From Squalus acanthias (taxonomy: Eukaryota): a stretch of DNA of 64,000 bases. The position numbers and the translations under genes were made by a program. The notes below the pieces were generated by a model that had not been told where the DNA came from, ran no database searches, and worked only from the letters and a program-made list of their open reading frames with translations. Below, piece after piece: positions 12,946-24,987 of this stretch (its first letter is position 1; every line of letters begins with the position of its first letter). The stretch is from positions 620,001 to 684,000 of the forward strand of contig JASTWF010000070.1 in assembly GCA_030390025.1 (NCBI GenBank), written 5' to 3'.

Positions 12946-13913
12946 TCAAACAGTGAGGCACCATGTTCAACCGCACACAGAAGACAGTTGTCACCCAGGG
13001 TAGATTCAACTGAACAGAGAGCAGACTCGAGTACATTGACCACATTTACAGCCTCCCCTTCCATGTGACATCGCGTCCTGTTTATCTGCATTGCCCAGTG
13101 TTTGCACAGGAGTAATTGATCCTATTCTGACCCTCAATATCATTCATTAAATATGCACTCCCTCCACCACCGGCGCACCGTGGCTGCAGTGTGTACTTTC
13201 TCCATACAAGATGCACTGCAGCAACTCACCAAGGCTTCTCCGACAGCAACTCCCAAACCCGCGACCTCTACCGCCTAGAAGGACAAGAACAGCAGGCGCA
13301 TGGTAACACCATCACCTTCAATTTCCCCGCTCCAGGTCACACACACCATCCTGACTTGGACAAATATCGGCCATTCCTTCATCGTCGCTGGGTCAAAATA
13401 CTGGAACGCCCTCCGTAACAGCACTGTGGGAGCAGCTTCACCTCACGGACTGCAGTGGTTCAAGTAGGAAGTCCATCACCACATTCTCAAGGGCAACTAG
13501 GGATGGGCAATAAATGCCGACCTTGCCAGCGCCGCCTACATCCAGTGAATGAATTAAATACAATTCTCAACTTTAACTGCCAAAATTAAAATTCAGAACA
13601 ATGACAAATGCACACATCCATACCATAACCTTTCTGTCACCCTCTCCGAACTATAATCGAAAGCTCTTTATAGCCACTCTGCTTTTTGCATTAGACTGAC
13701 CGCTATGACGCACAGACGCTGCCCACATGTAAAATGCACCAGGCGTGGGATCCAAAAAGATGCTGCATCTAAAGGCTTAGCGCTGAATAGTTTCCACCGT
13801 ATCTGAAGCGGGTGTAACCAACTGTGTGTGCGCTCGGGTCACTCGGCGCCCACTCCGAATGCAGAATGTTGAGAGCGAGCACGGGAATAACTGAGCGCGG
13901 TTCCGGCCTCAAG

Positions 13914-13968
13914 ATGTTCAAGGCAGCTTTTTCCCTGATCCTCATTGTCCACGTGTTCTGGCCTTACG
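13914..13968 (+). CDS. Gene A leader exon
   Basis: MFKAAFSLILIVHVFWPY+G, GTGAGT donor, phase 1. Confidence 0.85.
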
Positions 13969-16900
13969 GTGAGTGAGACACGGTTCCAATCTCCTAAATG
14001 GAATCAGCCAAAAACTGGAAACAATGGACTGTGTTTACTAAGTTGAAAATGTGACCGAGCTAACAACCTTTGGGCTGATATTTTCTCCCCCTCCCTATCT
14101 CTGTAACCTCCTCCTGCCCTGCAACCCTCCGAGATCTCGGCGCTCCTCCAATTCTGCCCTCTTGCGCATCCCCCGATTTCCATCGCTCCACCATTGGCGG
14201 CCGTGCCTTCAGCTGCCTGGACCCTAAGCTCTGAAATTCCCTCCTTAAAGCTCTCCGCCTCTCTCTCCTCCTTTAAGGCGATCCTTAGCACTTAGCTCTT
14301 TGACCAAGCTTTTGGTCACCTGTCCTAATATCTCTTTCTGTGGCTCGGTGTCAAATTTGTGTAAAGCGCCTGGGGTCCTTTAATTACGTTAAAGGCGCTG
14401 TATCAAAGAAAGTTGTTGTTGATAATGTTGGTTTACTTTCTGGTCCTTCTATAAGGCGAAGTAAAGGCAAACTAGAGAATGGATATAACAAGCAATAACT
14501 GAAGGCAATAATGATGCTGTTCTTAAATTACAGGCGAGGTGTTTCAACGCGGCTTCTTTCTATCGCTCAATAATCAGTTCTAATGTAACAATAATCCCTC
14601 TAGTTGCAGAATCCCAGCCCATCCTGTCTCGAAGCCCCTTCACAGTGACAGCCGGAGTCGGCCAGTCGGTCAAATTGGAATGTCACGAGATTTATGAAGT
14701 GAATGTGGTGAATAGCTATTTCTGGTACAAGCAGCGTGTGGGTGAAGCCCCGAGACTAATCGATATCCCATCCTGTAATCGGACCGATTGCAAGTTTACT
14801 TCTAGAAAAGGACACACCAAATATATACTGATCCTGGAAATCCGCAATGTGCAGGTGGCTGACACCGGCTCCTATTACTGTGCTGCTAGCGGTAGCTATG
14901 CACCGCTCGGGAATGGATCCACACTGCTGGTTGGAGGTAAGAGCAAAACCAAATGGAATTCAGATCATGCACAGCAATATCATTCGGTGTAAAGTAAGAG
15001 TTAACTGTGTCCCAATCCCTGTCCAGACAGTTCCACACCCAAGACGGCTGTGCTGGTGTTTGCTCCGCCGGGGGAGCCGCATTTAAAGGACACCGTCCCC
15101 TTGGTGTGTTTGGTCACTGGCGTCTCCTCGAACCAGACCGCTATTTACTGGAACGTTACCGGACAGTTGACCGAGGGACGGAGCGATTCCGGTACACTGG
15201 GCCCGGACGGGACCTACAGCATCAGAAGCCATGTGATGGTCTCGAGGGAAGCCTGGAGAAGCGGCGGGGTCTGCACCTGTATTATTGAGCTGGGTTCCAA
15301 GGGCAAATCTTGGGCCAAGAGCGTGTCGCGCCCCAAAACAGTGGCAGGTGAGTCGGTGATCTGTACAGCGAAGGTCAGTATTCAGCTTTAGCGTCAGTTG
15401 GAGTATTTCACTCGCTCCTAAGCGCCTGAAGTCTGTAAATAAAGCAACACCACGGGATGAACATGAATATCTATATATCAGGAGAATAGTGCTGTCAGTT
15501 TGTTATAAAACACATTGAAATAAGCTACGGTCACCCACCGTCCAAGGTCTTGTAAATACTTCCTCCGCTCTTGGCTGACTTTATATTTCTGCGGGTCATT
15601 TTAGAATCATAGAATGATGCAGCACAGAAGGAGGCCATTCGGCCCATCGTGCCTGTGCCGGCTCTTTGAAAGAGCTATCCAAATAATCCCACTCTCCCCT
15701 GCTCTTTCCCCACAGTCCTTGCAAAATTTTCGCCTTCAAGTATTTATCCGATTCCCTTTTGAAAATTATTAGTGAATCAGCTTCCACCGCCCTTTCAGGC
15801 AGCGCATCCTGGAAAGGATTGGAGTGAACGCACTTTCTGACCTGAAACTGGTCAAGAGATGCGGTGAAATAGTTGGCTGAACGCGTCCGCTGGCATCAGA
15901 CGCTCGCTCATTTCCACCCGTTTATTTTCTCGTTTCCTGTTTTAAAGACCCGAACCCCCTTTATCAATCCCCACTCTCCCCGTGAGATATAATTTAATAT
16001 ACTCGAGTTATGAAGCTTCACTGAAATTGGGTAATCGTTCCAGTTTATCACTCATAAAACATGTGGGGTGTTTGTGCACAAATCTTTGAAGGTGGCAGGA
16101 GAAGTCGAGAAGACTGCTAAAAATACATATGGGGTGCTTGGTTTATTAATAGAGGAATAGAGTACAGAAGCAAGGAAGTTATGCTAAACATTTATAAAGC
16201 AATGGTTGGGCCACAGCTGGAGTATAGTGTCTAATTCTGATCATAACACTTTAGGAAGGATGTCAATTCCTTGGAGAGGGTAGAGAGGAGATTTCCTAGA
16301 ATCGTATCAGGGATGAGGGACTTCAGTTATGTGGAGAGACTGGAGAAGCTGGGATTGATTGTTCTCCTTAGATTAGAGAAGGTTAAGAGGAGATTTCATA
16401 GAGGTGTTCAATCATGAATCATGAATGGTTCTGATAGAATAAATAAGGAGAAACTTTTCCCATTGGCAGAAGGGTCGGTAACCAGATGACATGGATTTAA
16501 GGTGATTGGCAAAAGTACCAGAGACGACATGAGGCGACATTTTTTTATGCAGCGATTTGTTGTGATCTGGAACGCGCTGCCTGAAAGGGCGGTGGAGGCA
16601 GATTCAATAGTAACCTTCAAAAGAGAATTGGATAAATACTTGAAGGGGTAACATTAACAGGGCTATGGGGAAAGAGAAGGGGGAGTGGTATTAATTGGGT
16701 AGCTCCACCAATGATCCGGCACAGCCACGATGGGTTGAATGGTCTCCTTCTGTGCTGTAATCACTCTATGATTCAATTTTCAAATAGGATGTTTTGAATG
16801 TGCGTTATTAAAATTATGGGGCAATACTGAGATTAGCGTTTGTCAATTTACCAAAACCACCAAACTAGTGCAATTTATTCCATTTTGAGCTTTCACTTGA

Positions 16901-19900
16901 CCATTATTAGTCGCATTGGCTGGTTTGTCCTTTCACACACCGGCTTTGATGCTCCTAAATTGTAACTGGTTCAGGTTTCTCATCAGAGAATCCCAGAAAG
17001 TAATGAGTTGACCCAGCAGCATTTTCTAAGTGTTTCTCTCTGTAGGGTGGTGCATTCCGACCCTTCCCGTTGCAATAACTGTCTCGTTGAGCCTGGTTCT
17101 GGTATTGATCCTCATTTTCATTTGGAATCGTAAAAGCGGCAGATCAGGTGAGAATTTACGTTTATCAGGAATATTTTAATAAATGTTTGTTTAATGTGAC
17201 TCCCTTCTCGAAGATTTCAATACTAATTACAGTTAACTGTTTCAGAAGAACGAGTCAAAAGACCCCACAAGGAAAGGTGAGTAACTGGTCCATTTACAAA
17301 CTTCCTCAGTAACAGTCTCACTCTAATTAATACTGTGTCAGAACCAGTCAACCCCAACTCCAATTTCAATATTTTCCACGTTCTTTTAAGATTGATTCAA
17401 AGTCCATTCCACAATTCTGTTCTCGATATTTATGGCACGTGACCAAGGACTTACAAGAAGTAATGCTTGTTTCATATTTTTGTTCGCATACAGTTTTAGT
17501 TTGAGAGAGAGAACGCTAAGAACAGGAATAAATGAGCGACACTCTGGTGAGTTGGACTGAAATGTTGCTGCAGATAGAACATCAATTGTGGGATATTTTA
17601 AAGATCAATCAGTGCATTTCCCGCCATGCAAAAGTCCTGCCATCGTGCTCATGTCTGCCGGACCTACAGAAATCCTAATTATTGGTTATTAATGCTGACA
17701 ATTATGTATCAGATCTACAATAGACGCCAGGCACCGGGGGTGTATCATCCATGTCCATCCATTGGCGTATTGGGATACCATTGGCATATTGGGGTATCAT
17801 TAGCATATTGCTGGACCATTGGCATATTGGTGGACCATGGGAATATTAGGGGGCCATTGGCGCATGGTGCCTCTATAATTAATTATACATTAGTCAGAAT
17901 TGATAATATTTAAATTCATATTCTTAACTGTTAATACACAGATGACACCCGTCAAATGGAGGCGAAGCGGACACATCAGGGTGCAATACATGTAAGTAAG
18001 TTCATTGAACCTGTTGCAATAATATACAGGAACTTGGTGATTTCTGGGATGGGTGCAAAATGCGGGATATTTCACGCGGTTGGCATTGAGCAGGTCATTG
18101 TGCAGATCATCTTAATTTGCAGCGAATCCCACTGGTTACTCCAACTGGAAACAGAACATATCCCGCAGCCCTCTTCCCATCTGATAATAGAAAGGATGGG
18201 TTAATGTTCCGGGTAGAATGCCTTCACCAGACTTTACTGCGGATTTTCAGCAGTTTCTGTTTCTATTTCAGATTTCCAGCTTTTTGTTATTTTCTATTAT
18301 TTTTTTTTCTACATTGAGTCCATGTCCACTCACCCCACAAACCCCAGTTCCCCCCCACCCTCGCCCCCCGCACACCCCCACCTCGCCAATCCGGTGGAGA
18401 TACTGTTTTTAATATATTAGCACAGTAATTATTATGAAGATTCAGAAATAAGACGACACTCAGGATAGTTTCACAGTTAAATCAAAATATGTTTCTATGG
18501 TAAGTCGGCAAAGAAGGAAACAGTTTGGATAGAATGTGATTGTGTGTGTGTGCGTATGAGAGTGCGTGTGACTGTGTCACTGTGAGTGGGTGTGTGTGCG
18601 TGTGACTGTGTGTGTACATGTGAGAGTGCATGAGTGTGTAAGTGTCTGTGAGTGTGAGCGTGTAAGTGAGTGTGCGTGCGTGAGATTGTCAGCCTGGCTC
18701 ATTGGGTAGCACTCTCGCCTCTGGGTCCGTAGGTCATGGGTTCAAGTCCCACTCCAAGAGACTTGCGCAAAAAAATCTAGGTTCATGCTCCCAGTGCGGT
18801 ACTGAGAGAGTGCCGCACTGTCGGAGGGGCAGTACTGAGGGAGCGCCGCACTGTCGGAGGGGCAGTACTGAGGGAGCGCCGCACTGTCGGAGGGGCAGTA
18901 CTGAGGGAGCGCCGCACTGTCGGAGGGGCAGTACTGAGGGAGCGCTGCACTGTCGCAGGTGCCGTCTTTCAGATGAGATGTTCAATTGAGGCCGGAATGT
19001 GGGCGGAAAAGAACTCACGCCACTATCTCGAAGAAGAGCAGAGAGTTCTCCCTGGTGTCCTGGGCCTATATTTATCCCTCAACCAACATCACTAAAAAAC
19101 AGATGATCTGGTCATTATCCCATGGCTGTTTGAGCGAGCTTGCTGTGCGCAGATTGGCTGCCACGTGTCCTACAGTGACTACACTTCAAAAGTATTTATT
19201 TGGCTGTAAAGCGCTTTGGGCGGTGCTAAGGTCATGAAAGGTGCTGTAGAAATGAAAGTATTTCTTTCTTTATGATGTGTGATGGCGTGTGTGTGTGCTA
19301 CTGTATGGGTATGATTGATTGTGTGTGTGTCATTGAGTGTGAGTGTATTTGAGTGTGTGTAATTAAGTGTGTGTGTGTGATTCTGTGTGGGTATGATTGA
19401 TTGTGCGTGTGTCTATGAGTGTGAGTGTGAGTGTATTTGAGTGTGTGTATCTGTATGTAATTGAGTGTGTGTGTGTGATTCTGCCTGGGCATGATTGATT
19501 TTGTGTGTGTGTGAATTTGTCTGGGTGTGATTGATTGTGTATGTGTGTGTGTGTGTGATTGAGTGTCTGTGTGTATGTGATTATGTCTGGGTATGAATGA
19601 TTGTGTGTGCGTATGTGTGTGTGAGTGATTGAGTGTCTGTGTGTGTGTTATTAAGAACATAAGAACATAGGAAATAGAAGCAGGAGTAGGCCAATTGGCC
19701 TCTCGAGCCTGCTCCGCCATTCAATAAGATCATGGCTGATCTGATCCCAACCGCCAATCTACTATCACAGAACCATCTCCTGAACCCAACAGAATTGGAC
19801 ACACGAAATAGGAGCAGGATCAGGCTACACGGCCCCTGGGCCCGCCACGCCACCCACAGGGCCATGACCGATCCGAACCCAGACTCATGTCCAAATTCCT

Positions 19901-22900
19901 ACCCGCTCCCCGTAAACCTTAATTCCCTTTACTTCTAGGAAACTGTCTATTTCTGTTTTAAATGTATGTAATGATGTAGCTTCTTCAGATTTTTGGGGCA
20001 GCATATTCCATGGACCTACCACCCTCTGAGTGAAGTAGTTCCTTCTCATCTCAGTTTTGAAAGAGCAGCCCCTTATTCTAAGACTATGCCCCCTAGTTCT
20101 AGTTTCACCCATCATCGGGAACAAACTCCCCGCATCCACCCGATCCAACCCCTTCACAATCTTATATGTTTCAATAAGATCGCCTCTCATTCTTCTGAAC
20201 TCCAATGAGTAGAGTCCCAATCTACCGAAACTCTCCTCATATGTCCATCCCCTCATCCCCGGGATTAACCGAGTGAACCATCTTTGTACTGATTCGAGAG
20301 CAAGTATGTCTTTTCTTAAGTATGGACACCAAAACTGTATGCAGTATTCCAGGTGCGGTCTAACCAATACCCTGTACAACTGAAGCAATACCTCCCTATT
20401 TTTATATTCTATCCCCCTAGCAATGAAAGCCAACATTCCATTGGCCTTCTTAATCACTTGCTGCACCTGCATACTAACCTTTTGAGTTTCGTGCACCAGG
20501 ACCCCCAGATCCCTTTGTCCAAAAATGTGCGGGTTAGGTGATTTGGCTATGATAAATTGACCCTTAGTGTTAGGGGGGGATTAAATATGTGGGGTTACAG
20601 GGATAGGATGGGATATGTTAGGGGGAATTAAATACGTGGGGTTACGGGGATAGGGTGGGATATGTGTCGGTGCAGGCTCGATGGGGATTCTGTGTGAGAG
20701 GGCAGGGACAGGGTACTGGATTTGGATGATCAACCATGATCGTATTGAATGGTGGAGCAGGCTCGACGGGCCGAATGGCCTACTCCTGCTCCTAGTTTCT
20801 ATGTTTCTACTTCAGTACTTTCCAGTTTCTTGCCATTAAGATAATAACTTGCTCTACTATTTTTCCTACCAAAGTGCATAACCTCACACTTTCCAGTATT
20901 GTATTCCATCTGCCAAATCGCTGCCCACTTACTTAGCCTGTCTATGTCCCCTTGCAGATTTTTTATGGCCTCCTCACTCACTACTTTCCCTCCCATCTTA
21001 GTATCATCTGCAAACTTTGATATGTTACACTCGGTCCCCTCCTCCAAATCGTTAATATAGATTGTAAAGAGTTGGGGACCCAGCACTGACCCCTGCAGAA
21101 CACCACTAGTTACTGATTGCCAGTCTGAGAATGAACCATTTATCCCAACTCTCTGCCTTCTGTTAGATAGCCAATCCTCTATCCATGCCAGAATATTACC
21201 CCCAATCCTGTGATTTTTTATCTTAAGCAATAATCTTTTGTGTGGCACCTTGTCAAATGCCTTTTGGAAGTCTAAATACGCCACATCCACTGGTTCCCCT
21301 TTATCCACCCTGTATGTTACTTCCTCAAAGAACTCCAGCAAATTTGTCAAACATGACTTCCCCTTCATAAAACCATGCTGACTTTGTCCTATTAAATTAT
21401 GATTATCCAAATGTCCCGTTACTGTCTCCTTAATAATGGACTCCAAAATTTTACCTACCACAGATGTTAGGCTAACCGGTCTATAGTTTCCAGCCTTCTG
21501 TCTACTGCCTTTTTTAAATAAGGGTGTTACATTAGCAGTTTTCCAGTCTGCCGGGATCTTTGCTGAGTCCAGGGAGTTTTGGAAAATTTTTACCAATGCA
21601 TCCACAATCCCTACCGCCACTTCCCTCAAGACCCTAGGATGTAAGCCATCAGGTCCAGGTGATTTATCCGCCTTGAGTCCCATTATTTTACCGAATACCA
21701 CTTCCTTAGTGACTTTGATCGTGTTTAGCTCCTCCCCCCCCCCTATAGCCCCCTGTTTGTCCAGTGTTGGGATATTCTTAGTGTCCTCTACTGTAAAGAC
21801 TGATACAAAATATCCATTCAGTGTATTCGCCATCTCCATATTTCCCACCATTAATTTCCCGGTCTCATCCTCTAAGGGACCAACATTTACTTTGGACACC
21901 CTTTTTCTTTTTAAATAACTATAAAAACTCTTACTATCTGTTTTTATATTTTTTGCTAATTTACTTTCATAATCTATCTTCCCTTTCTTAATCAATCTTT
22001 CTGTTATTTTTTGCTGTCTTTTAAAGTTTTCCCAATCCTCCAACCTCCCACTAGATTTGGCTACTTTATAGACCCTTGTTTTTAGTCGAATACTATCCTT
22101 AATTTCTTTACTTAGCCACGGATGACTGTCATTTCTTTTACACCCTTTTCTTCTCAGTGGAATATATATTTTTTGGAAGTTGTAAAACAACTCCTTAAAT
22201 GTACACCACTGATCATGTATCGTCTTACCCTTTAATCTATTTTCCCAATCCACTCTGCTCAATACCACTCGCATACCTTCTTAGTCTCCTTTATTCAAGC
22301 TTAGCACGCTTGTTTGAGATCCAACCTTCTCACCCTCTAATTGAATAAGGAATTCAACCATGTTATGGTCACTCATTCCAAGGGGATCCTTTACTAGGAC
22401 ATTTTTTCTTAATCCTGTCTCGTTACCTAGGACCAGATCTAAGGTTGCTTGCCCCCTGGTCGGTTCAGTTACATACTGCTCAAGAAACCCATCCCTAATA
22501 CACTCAATGAACTCATCCTCAATGCAGCCCTGCCCAATTTGATTTGTCCAATTAATATGATAGTTAAAATCCCCCATAATTAAAGATGTTCCCTTATTAC
22601 AAGCCTCAACTATTTCCTGATTGATACTCCATCCAACAGAGTTGCAACTGTTCGGAGGCCTATAGACTACGCCCACTAGTGTTTTTTCCCCTTATTATTC
22701 CTTATCTCCAACCAAACTGTTTCATTATCCTGATCTTTTCACCCAATATCATTGCTCTGTTTTACAATTATTGCTTCCTTTATTAACATAGCCACCCCAC
22801 CTCCCCTTCCTTCCTGCCTGTCCTTCCTGATCGCTAAATAACCTGGTATGTTTAATTCCCAGGCATTGTCACCCTGCAGCCATGTTTCCGTAATGGCCCA

Positions 22901-23368
22901 CAAGATCATACCCATATGTAATCATTTGTGCCATTAACTCGTCTATTTTGTTACGAATGCTACGTGCATTCAGACAGAGAACTTTCAAATATGTTTTGTG
23001 ACACTTAGTTCCTGCTTTTGCCCTTTTTATTACTTTACCTTTTACTCCATATCTTCTGCCCCTTCCTGACAGACTCTGGTTTTAATTTCCCCACTGCTAC
23101 CTAAGTCTATGACCTTCTCTGTTGTCATTTTTATTATTTGCTCTCTAGGAACCTCTCCCCCACTAGTTAGTTTAAAGCCATCTCTACAGCCTTAGTTATA
23201 TGATCCGCCAGGACTCTAGTCCCAGCACTGGGCAAGTGAAGCCCGTCCCAACGGAACAGCTCCCTCCTGCCCCAGTACTGGTGCCAGTGTCCCAGGAAGC
23301 AAAACCCGTTTCTCCCACACCAGTCTTTGAGCCACTCATTTAACTCTCTATTCTGTCTGGGTGTGATT

Positions 23369-23451
<83 letters not shown>

Positions 23452-24987
23452 TGTTATTCTGTCTGGGTATTATTGATTGTGTGTGTGTGAGTGATTGAGT
23501 GTCTGTGTGTGTGTGATTCTGTCTGGGTATGATTGATTGTGTGTGAGTGATTGTGATTTATGTAACCCTGTAGATGGCGCATGGCAAAACATGACCGTCT
23601 GATTGGATTGTTTTTGATGTGTCTATCCTATCAAACAGATAGACTCATCATCCCAGTTTCCTGATTAAATGTGGTGATTTCTGGGTTCACTGCTTTAAGA
23701 GTTGTGCTCCTCTGTGTGTTAAAACATTAATTCAGACAGTTCTTGTGTGGACATATTAAGCAAATTCTCAAATTTAGAAAGCGGGTGATGGAAGTAGATT
23801 CAATGCTTAATTTCAAAAGCGAATTGGAAAAATACTCGAAGGATAAAAATGTGCAAGTCTGTGGGGAAAAGCAGGGAGAGTGGGACTAATTGGATAGAGT
23901 GGGCAGTAAGGTGGCAGATGAAGTATAATGTAGGGAAATGTGAGGTTATTCACTTTGGTAGGAAGAATCGAAAAACAGTATATTTTTTAAATGGTGAGAA
24001 ACTTTTAAATGTTTGTGTTGAGAGAGAATTGGATGTCCTCGTGCAAGAAACACAGAAAGCTAGCATGCAGGTATAGCATGTAATAAGAAAGGCAAATGGC
24101 ATATTGACCTTTACTGCAAGGGAGTAGGAGTATAAGAGTAAGGAGGTCTTGCTACAATAATACAGGGCCTTCGTAAGACAACACCTGGAGTACTGTGCAC
24201 AGTTTTGGTCTCCTTACCTTAGGAAAGATGTACTTGCCTTGGAGGCGGTGCAACAAAGGTTCACTAGATTGATTCCTGGGATGAGAGGGCTGTATTATGA
24301 TGAGAGATTGTGTAGATTGGGCCTATTCTCTCTGGAGTTTAGAAGAATGAGAGGTGATCTCATCGAAACATACAAGATACTGGAGGGGGTTGAAAGGGTA
24401 GATGCTGAGAAGCTGTTTTCCCTGGCTGGCATGTCTGGAACTAGGGGACATAATCTCAGGATAAGGGGTAGGCCATTTAAGACGAAGATTAGGAGGAATT
24501 TCTTCACTCAGAGGGTTGAGAATCTTTGGAATTTTCTGGCCCAGAGGCCTGTGGATGCTCAGTCTTTGAGTATATTCAAGACTGAGATAGATAGATTTTT
24601 GGACTCTAGGGGAATCAAGGAATATGGAGATCGAGTAGGAAAGAGGAGTTGAAGTCGATGATCAGCCATGATCTTATTGAATGGCGGAGCAGGCTCGAGG
24701 GGCCGGATGGCCTACTCCTGCTCCTAATTCCTATGTTCTTATGATCTTTCAAAGAGCCAGCACAGGCACGATGGACCGAACAGCCTGCTTCTGTGCTGCA
24801 TCGTTCTCTGATTCCATGAAACGCGACTGCAGGACGAGATAGTTTGAACTACCTTTAAATATCTAGAAATGTCAATGTTTAATATATTTTCCTGTCTCAG
24901 GGCGGCCCTCGAGACCAGATACTTTACGCCTCTCTGCAATTTGCTGCCTCGGAAAAGTCATCAAAAAAGAAGGCGGGTCGCGGATGA
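13914..24987 (+). CDS. Gene A: non-rearranging VJ-C1-TM inhibitory (ITIM) Ig-superfamily receptor, whole gene, ~343 aa. Exons 13914-13968, 14604-14936, 15027-15347, 17046-17147, 17246-17276, 17494-17546, 17942-17991, 24901-24987
   Basis: All junctions are GT-AG and phases chain to 1032 bp with no stop. Signal peptide, V-set and C1-set domains, hydrophobic TM, ILYASL ITIM. The small cytoplasmic exons are the least certain part. Confidence 0.8.
14085..14422 (+). mobile_element. L2-like LINE/SINE 3' tail in gene A intron 1
   Basis: ccattggcggccgtgccttcagctgcc..tttgaccaagcttttggtcacctgtcc..(ttg)n, the same family as 4400-4787. Confidence 0.7.
14604..14936 (+). CDS. Gene A V exon with built-in J-like strand
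   Basis: AESQPILSRSPFTVTAGVGQSVKLEC..YFWYKQRVGEAPRLI..LEIRNVQVADTGSYYCAASGSYAPLGNGSTLLVG. AG acceptor at 14602-3, GTAAGA donor, no RSS. Confidence 0.92.
15027..15347 (+). CDS. Gene A C1-set exon
   Basis: SSTPKTAVLVFAPP..VPLVCLVTGV..IYWNVTG..DGTYSIRSHVMVSREAWRSGGVCTCII..KTVA. Phase 1-1, GTGAGT donor, 90-bp intron from V. Confidence 0.92.
16050..16775 (+). mobile_element. Degenerate CR1-type LINE 3' fragment
   Basis: Similar to the other CR1 3' ends (ctggagaagctgggattg..ctccttag; ctggaacgcgctgcctgaaaggg). Confidence 0.75.
17046..17147 (+). CDS. Gene A transmembrane exon
   Basis: GWCIPTLPVAITVSLSLVLVLILIFIWNRKSGRS. Strong acceptor tttctctctgtag, GTGAGA donor, no charged TM residue. Confidence 0.88.
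17246..17991 (+). CDS. Gene A short cytoplasmic exons 17246-17276, 17494-17546, 17942-17991
   Basis: Donors GTGAGT, GTGAGT, GTAAGT. Phases 1>2>1>0 give EERVKRPHKES-FSLRERTLRTGINERHSD-DTRQMEAKRTHQGAIH. An alternative single exon 17233-17276 (phase 1>0) is also in frame. Confidence 0.6.
18690..19270 (+). mobile_element. tRNA-derived SINE with ~5 tandem copies of a 33-bp internal unit (18792-18960)
   Basis: Unit cagtactgagggagcgccgcactgtcggagggg. Confidence 0.8.
19280..19652. repeat. GT-rich minisatellite; continues at 23349-23560, including a pure (GT)n run at ~23374-23448
   Basis: Recurrent ctgtctgggtatgattgattgtgtgtg units on both sides of the LINE. Confidence 0.8.
19653..23348 (-). mobile_element. 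Near-full ORF2 CR1-clade LINE (end of ORF1 esterase, APE endonuclease, RT) in the last intron of gene A
   Basis: ORF1 C-terminus ..FRWDGLHLPSAGTRVLA..ALN* (23165-23348). EN motifs GVVYRPP, MGDFN, SDHNMV. RT ORF of 491 aa with SKFADDTK, C-terminal ORF of 203 aa. TATT at both junctions. Confidence 0.95.
20519..20808 (+). mobile_element. 5'-truncated HE1-type SINE inserted antisense into the LINE RT ORF
   Basis: tccaaaaatgtgcgggttaggtgatttggctatgataaattgacccttagtg body with a CR1-type tail (tctatgtt). Removing it rejoins the LINE frame ESTEV|QRDLGVLVHETQK. Confidence 0.75.
23770..24740 (+). mobile_element. CR1-type LINE 3' fragment
   Basis: WQMKYNVGKCEVIHFG..RRMRGDLIETYKIL..FFTQRV. Confidence 0.88.
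24901..24987 (+). CDS. Gene A terminal exon with ITIM
   Basis: ttttcctgtctcag|GGPRDQILYASLQFAASEKSSKKKAGRG*. ILYASL fits (I/V/L/S)xYxx(L/V). AATAAA at 25321. Confidence 0.82.
   Translation, partial: GGPRDQILYASLQFAASEKSSKKKAGRG

Noticed and set aside
14604-15347. Genes A/B as TCR chains or conventional IgL
   Set aside because: No RSS or separate J, no charged residue in the TM core, long Tyr-motif tails, and no octamer promoter seen.
19298-19720. His/Thr-rich ORFs here and at 9937-10467
   Set aside because: Translations of CA/GT simple repeats.
20799-22274. Longest ORF (491 aa) as a host gene
   Set aside because: It is CR1 LINE reverse transcriptase.
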